Shown piece after piece: positions 38,036 through 42,125 of a stretch of DNA of 42,125 nt; within the stretch, counting starts at the first letter, position 1, and every line of letters begins with the position of its first letter. The position numbers and the translations under genes are program-made. The stretch comes from an uncultured Bacilli bacterium (GTDB lineage: Bacteria; Bacillota_I; Bacilli_A; RFN20; CAG-826): positions 96,602 to 138,726 of the forward strand of contig CAKPJO010000001.1 in assembly GCA_934162685.1 (NCBI GenBank). The letters are read 5' to 3'. The notes under the pieces were generated by a model, which was not told the origin of the DNA, made no database searches, and worked only from the letters and a program-made list of their open reading frames with translations.

Positions 38036-39079
38036 ATGAGTATGTATGTTAAGAAAAAAGACGGCACTATTGTTGAAAGTCAATGTGAAACTGTTAAGGT
38101 TACTGAGAATACGTTAAAGAATTTGTTGGATACTACTAAACAGATGCATCATATCGTCGGGTATTCAGCTGTATTATCCAAGGCAATTGATGCTTCACAA
38201 CTATTGAAATTTTCTGATACAGAAAATGTGATTGATATGTCTTATGCTTTTGCAGGTGAGTTATCAAGTAACGACTATAAGTACTATCAGAATAGAATTA
38301 CACATATACCTTTATTAGATACACGTAATGTAACAAATATGGCATATATGTTTGCATTTGTACATTATGAAAATAATAAAGATGGGATTCCTTTATATGA
38401 TACATCAAAAGTTACCGATATGTCGCATCTATTTGAAGGATTTCAATATTTTGCTCTATCTTTTAATTACCCAAATTTTAATACATCAAATGTTACAAAC
38501 ATGGATTATATGTTTAGTGGATTATACTGGAAAGATAATGATAATGCAGAAAAAAAACAAGGCTTTATACTCCCTGATTCATTAGATACACATAATGTGA
38601 CAAGTATGAGCTGTATGTTTTCACCTCAAACAACTAAAGGTAGTATTAATGATGGTCCTTATCGAGTCCCTATGATGGATACATCAAATGTTACAATGAT
38701 GTATAGCATGTTCAATGGATGTTCAGTTTTAAAATCTATCCCCTTATATGATACATCAAAAGCTGAAAACATTTCATATATTTTTAATAAGTGTTCAAAA
38801 TTAACAGAAATTCCTGCATTAAATTTTTCAACTGCGAATTTCGGATATAATATATTTGGAGGTTGTTCGAATCTTGAAGAAATACATTGCACAGGATTAA
38901 AAATATCATTTGATATTCACTATTCAACTAAATTTACAGAATCAGCATTAGTAGAAATATTAAACAATTTAGGAACACCTACATCTTCACAAACATTAAC
39001 AATGGGGGCAACAAACTTGGCAAAATTAACTGATGAAGAAAAAGCAATAGCAACTGATAAAGGTTGGACTTTAAAATAA
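38036..39079 (+). CDS. BspA/DUF285-type leucine-rich-repeat protein (candidate receptor-binding protein)
   Basis: About 8 tandem units of the form (L/Y)DTSNVTNMxxMF..C..L..IP, for example LLDTRNVTNMAYMF, YDTSKVTDMSHLF, FNTSNVTNMDYMF, LDTHNVTSMSCMF, MDTSNVTMMYSMF, YDTSKAENISYIF. Confidence 0.7.
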   Translation: MSMYVKKKDGTIVESQCETVKVTENTLKNLLDTTKQMHHIVGYSAVLSKAIDASQLLKFSDTENVIDMSYAFAGELSSNDYKYYQNRITHIPLLDTRNVTNMAYMFAFVHYENNKDGIPLYDTSKVTDMSHLFEGFQYFALSFNYPNFNTSNVTNMDYMFSGLYWKDNDNAEKKQGFILPDSLDTHNVTSMSCMFSPQTTKGSINDGPYRVPMMDTSNVTMMYSMFNGCSVLKSIPLYDTSKAENISYIFNKCSKLTEIPALNFSTANFGYNIFGGCSNLEEIHCTGLKISFDIHYSTKFTESALVEILNNLGTPTSSQTLTMGATNLAKLTDEEKAIATDKGWTLK

Positions 39080-39094
39080 AGGAGATAAACAGAA

Positions 39095-39313
39095 ATGGAA
39101 TCAAGTACTATTAAAATTATTAAATTATCACCTGAAGAAGGAAAACACTTAAAAGATATAAGAACAGGTGATATAGCTGAAAAAGATGTCTATCTTGGTA
39201 AATTAGATTCAGTAGATAACTATGTAGAAGTTACTGAAGAAGAATATCAAGAATGGCTAGTAGCTAAAGAAAAAGAAGCAGAGGAGATGTCTCACGATGC
39301 AAACAATGAATAA
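39095..39313 (+). CDS. small acidic hypothetical protein
   Basis: 72 aa with an AAGGAG RBS. Confidence 0.5.
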   Translation: MESSTIKIIKLSPEEGKHLKDIRTGDIAEKDVYLGKLDSVDNYVEVTEEEYQEWLVAKEKEAEEMSHDANNE

Positions 39314-39782
39314 ACAAAAAGATGTATTTCTTACAAAAGCTCAGTTTGAAGCCAGAAAAACAGCAGGCACTTTAGAAGAAGGTATTATTTATCATATTAC
39401 AGATGTTAAATATGCTACACAAGCCGAAGTAGAAGCGGTTAAAAGTCTTGCGATGAATATTACAGCTCCTTCTGGTGCAACTGCTGGTAATCTAACAGAT
39501 GAACAGATGACAATCCTACAAGCAAGTGACAGTAATTTCATTATGTATGATCATGAAAAATATTATTTAGAAGATAAAGGACATATAGAAGGATATTTAA
39601 CATATACACATGCTGGTTACGAAAACAACCAAATGTGGTTAAAATCAATTACGGTTACTATCGCAACAAAAACATGGGTGTTAAATGTTGTGGGAGTCAA
39701 ACCTATTGTAGTATTAACACAAAGTGAATACGATGATTTAACGGTAAAAGATGCAAATACTCTTTATTATATTATAGGATAG
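39297..39782 (+). CDS. minor structural / fibre-associated protein
   Basis: 161 aa. The fibre-type motif LTxAQ(F/Y)Ex...GT...(I/L)YxI appears at both ends (FLTKAQFEARKTAGTLEEGIIYHITD and VLTQSEYDDLTVKDANTLYYIIG). Confidence 0.5.
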   Translation: MQTMNKQKDVFLTKAQFEARKTAGTLEEGIIYHITDVKYATQAEVEAVKSLAMNITAPSGATAGNLTDEQMTILQASDSNFIMYDHEKYYLEDKGHIEGYLTYTHAGYENNQMWLKSITVTIATKTWVLNVVGVKPIVVLTQSEYDDLTVKDANTLYYIIG

Positions 39783-39791
39783 GTGATAAAC

Positions 39792-39974
39792 ATGACAAAC
39801 AAAATTTGTTTAGGAACAAATATAGTTTCTCATATTTATTTAGGCACCACTGATGTTGATAAACATTATTTGGGCAGTAACTTAGTATATAGTAAAGCAG
39901 AAGTTGTAGAAAATACAGTTAAACAAGTTCGTAAAAATGCGCGAAAAGCTGCGTGTATAGTTGACAAAATTTGA
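39792..39974 (+). CDS. small hypothetical protein with YLG repeats
   Basis: The ATG at 39792 follows TAGGTGA. The sequence ICLGTNIVSHIYLGTTDVDKHYLGSNLVY repeats. The 3' end overlaps the next promoter. Confidence 0.45.
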   Translation: MTNKICLGTNIVSHIYLGTTDVDKHYLGSNLVYSKAEVVENTVKQVRKNARKAACIVDKI

Positions 39975-39988
39975 TATTTATATATAAT
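39961..39988 (+). promoter_or_regulatory. sigma70/sigmaA-type consensus promoter (TTGACA-16 nt-TATAAT)
   Basis: TTGACA at 39961-66 and TATAAT at 39983-88. Third member of the same promoter type. Confidence 0.6.
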
Positions 39989-40034
39989 ATAAATTGTATA
40001 TAGAAGAACAAGGAAATAAAAGGGTGATTTTATT

Positions 40035-40946
40035 ATGGAAATTAAAGAAGCAAAGCATTGCATTATTCGTGGAGATACATTATACGGTATTCTTTATGTA
40101 CCTGACAAAAATGGAATATTAATTATTCCAAATGGAATTAAAACTATTCGTATGAATGCAATATCAAAAAATAAAGATATTAAAACAGTTGTGTTACCAG
40201 ATGGTTTAGAAGTTATAGGATATGCTGCTTTTGCAGATTGTGTTAATTTAGAATCTATTAATATTCCTAAATCAGTTAAGGAAGTTCATAATGAAGCTTT
40301 TTCTAGATGTACGGCATTAAAAGAAGTTTCTTTTTGGAGTAACACTGGTTTTGGAAAGAATTGCTTTAGAGAATGTGCAGCTTTGTCTAAATTAATTTTA
40401 AATGAGTTTTCAATTGCTAAAGTCTTTTATTTTCCTGTATATAATCAATTTTTAATTAGCGTTCCTATTAAACATCAAATATCAAAAGATATTACTATTT
40501 ACGAAGGACATTTTACAGGGGAAGGATTTCCTGTTGAAATTAGAAAAAGCGCAAAGACTTATGTTGCAGCAGCTATAAAGAATGACAAAGAAGTATTCTG
40601 GTATGATTCTTCTATGAGAAGGGCTGTTGATGGTTGTGTGATAATATTAAAAGAAACAAATCCTTTAGAAATACTTGGTGTTGATATGATTACGGAAGAT
40701 ACTATTATTACCCCAGATCAATTTTCTTTAATTACAGGAATATGTTCAGCTGGTGTAGATTGGTGGTTACAAGAAGTAGGACATACTAGAGACACTAAGT
40801 TTAAAATGGGAGAGTTGTTAGAGTTATTACAAAAAACAACCAGACAAGGTTATAATAGATTGATTATTGCATTGTCTCAAGCTGATAAATATTCTAATTT
40901 ATTAGCAGCTGAGAATGGTGCTGCTATAGACGATAAGGGGGTATAG
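40035..40946 (+). CDS. leucine-rich-repeat (BspA-like LRR_5 type) protein, moron-like
   Basis: The N-terminal half has LRR units (IPNGIKTIRMNAISKNKDIKTVVLPDGLEVIGYAAFADCVNLESINIPKSVKEVHNEAFSRCTALKEVSF). The gene is bracketed by its own promoter and terminator. Confidence 0.6.
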   Translation: MEIKEAKHCIIRGDTLYGILYVPDKNGILIIPNGIKTIRMNAISKNKDIKTVVLPDGLEVIGYAAFADCVNLESINIPKSVKEVHNEAFSRCTALKEVSFWSNTGFGKNCFRECAALSKLILNEFSIAKVFYFPVYNQFLISVPIKHQISKDITIYEGHFTGEGFPVEIRKSAKTYVAAAIKNDKEVFWYDSSMRRAVDGCVIILKETNPLEILGVDMITEDTIITPDQFSLITGICSAGVDWWLQEVGHTRDTKFKMGELLELLQKTTRQGYNRLIIALSQADKYSNLLAAENGAAIDDKGV

Positions 40947-40970
40947 GGGAAACTCTATACCTTCTTTTTT
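40940..40970 (+). terminator. rho-independent terminator
   Basis: GGTATAG gggaaact CTATACC followed by TTCTTTTTT. Confidence 0.7.
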
Positions 40971-41046
40971 GTTTATAAATGCAAACTAGAATATAGTTTT
41001 TGTTTGTAAGCAAAAATATTATTTTATTAAAAGGAGGCTGTTAAGT

Positions 41047-42057
41047 ATGGCTAATGAAAATGTTATTCCAGCAGGATTGCCTGGATATGTAATGAGAAAA
41101 AGAATAGAAGATAAAGCAACTTTACATAAAGGCGGAATGTATGTTGGAACTGGGAAATATGAAACTATTACTGATAAAAAAGGTAATGAGTATAAAGTGT
41201 ATAAAACCGAAGAGCTTCCTGTAGGTAAAGAAGGACAAGTATTAATGTCTACTGTTGACGGTATTAAATGGGAAGATCCTCAAAAGATCAATTTTCGAAT
41301 TACCAGTGCCTCAAAATCTAAAGTAACCGCGACTTGTGATTTATATGTTGATAATTCAGCTCCAGAGCCTATAATATCATTACAAGAGCTTTTAAGAAGT
41401 GACTATAAAAATTTTGACCCGCATAATGTATATTTTACGATATATGATAATCAAAATCAAGAAATTATTGATTTAGGATTAGTTTTTATTCCGAGAACCT
41501 ATTATGTAAGACCATTTGTAGACCGTACAGAGTTATATTATACCATAGTATCTTCGGTGGTGAATGATATGTTTTTATCAATTAATGCAGAGAGAAAATC
41601 TTTACCAGATACTAATCCAATAGAATATTATTATCAATTTTCATTTTCACTTGGTATTTTTGATGATACTGGTAATGTAAATTTTATAAAAATTAGGCAA
41701 TTTGAAATGGGATCAATTGGTCAGTTTTATATTTTATCTGGTTCTAGTGCAGACGAGCAATTATATTCTAATATTGAAAAAGATTTAAAACAAGGTGCTG
41801 ATTTATTATATTATGCGCCTTATAGTAATGCTCAACAAACAATTACTAATCAAGATTTTAAAGATAAATATAATTCAAGTTTTAAATATTTAACGTCGCA
41901 GATATTAGAATCAGAAACTTTTTTAACTTCTAGTACAAAAACTTATCCTTTTGGCATTTTGCTAAAAGGAACTGATGCAATAGATAATGAAGGTATTTAT
42001 GATGTAACAGAGGCACCTGATTCTCGATATAACATATACTGGAAAAATATTCATTAA
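41047..42057 (+). CDS. tail fibre/spike-like protein
   Basis: AAGGAGG RBS. The N-terminus (LPGYVMRKRIEDKATLHKGGMYVGTG...GKEGQVLMSTVDGIKWEDP) is typical of fibre N-terminal anchors. The C-terminal module is shared with the TMP C-terminus. Confidence 0.55.
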   Translation: MANENVIPAGLPGYVMRKRIEDKATLHKGGMYVGTGKYETITDKKGNEYKVYKTEELPVGKEGQVLMSTVDGIKWEDPQKINFRITSASKSKVTATCDLYVDNSAPEPIISLQELLRSDYKNFDPHNVYFTIYDNQNQEIIDLGLVFIPRTYYVRPFVDRTELYYTIVSSVVNDMFLSINAERKSLPDTNPIEYYYQFSFSLGIFDDTGNVNFIKIRQFEMGSIGQFYILSGSSADEQLYSNIEKDLKQGADLLYYAPYSNAQQTITNQDFKDKYNSSFKYLTSQILESETFLTSSTKTYPFGILLKGTDAIDNEGIYDVTEAPDSRYNIYWKNIH

Positions 42058-42073
42058 AAAGGGAGGTATTTTT

Positions 42074-42125
42074 ATGAGTGTAATAGACAATGGATTACGT
42101 GCAGATATAATGCGCAAAAGAATGG
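42074..42125 (+). CDS. partial CDS (5' end only), probably a paralogous fibre-like protein
   Basis: GGGAGG RBS. MSVIDNGLRADIMRKRM resembles the N-terminus of ORF 41047 (PGYVMRKRI). The ORF runs off the window. Confidence 0.4.
   Translation, partial: MSVIDNGLRADIMRKRM

Noticed and set aside
2692-40063. All minus-strand ORFs in the track (for example 2692-2952, 7794-8102, 21663-22007, 24296-24607, 30900-31208, 33529-33816) and the short alternative-frame plus-strand ORFs (3780-4019, 30665-30877, 38352-38585).
   Set aside because: Each lies entirely within or antisense to a longer, better supported plus-strand gene. They lack RBSs and have the low-complexity, hydrophobic or Ile/Phe/Leu-rich composition expected from the reverse complement of AT-rich coding sequence.
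1-42125. CRISPR arrays, rRNA genes, diversity-generating retroelements, toxin-antitoxin pairs or recognised defence/anti-defence operons.
   Set aside because: I saw no regularly spaced direct repeats with unique spacers, no reverse transcriptase, no template/variable repeat pair, and no recognisable defence-system domains. Small unknown ORFs (for example 24264-25293 and 26241-26675) could still hide anti-defence functions, but nothing in the sequence supports a specific call.

Overview
AT-rich, densely packed segment of a tailed dsDNA phage or prophage, with every credible gene on the + strand. The host is probably a low-GC bacterium, judging from strong AGGAGG-type RBSs, TTGACA/TATAAT promoters, an LL-H-like holin and BspA/DUF285-type LRR proteins. 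Gene order: accessory genes (Zn-ribbon protein, metallophosphoesterase), a free-standing homing-endonuclease-like gene, large terminase, portal, protease/scaffold, decoration-like protein, major capsid, connector and tail genes, a tail-tube-like gene, then a holin-like gene, a RuvC-like resolvase and a tyrosine recombinase, an RNA cassette, a giant tape measure gene, and fibre / LRR receptor-binding-type genes. Three things stand out. (1) 25296-26735 is a self-contained cassette: a consensus promoter, an ORF-free, hairpin-dense RNA of about 800 nt, tRNA-Gln(UUG), a 144-aa ORF and a terminator. I read the RNA as a candidate giant ornate phage RNA of the GOLLD/ROOL class, or a new class. (2) The tape measure gene is split inside its conserved TP901-type core by a 697-nt ORF-less group I intron (32506-33202). 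Splicing would give a protein of about 3155 aa. (3) A second structured ORF-free region lies at 10456-10821, a perfect 40-nt repeat precedes two operons, and three near-identical consensus promoters mark moron-like units. All family calls rest on motif recognition by eye. No database or covariance-model search was possible.
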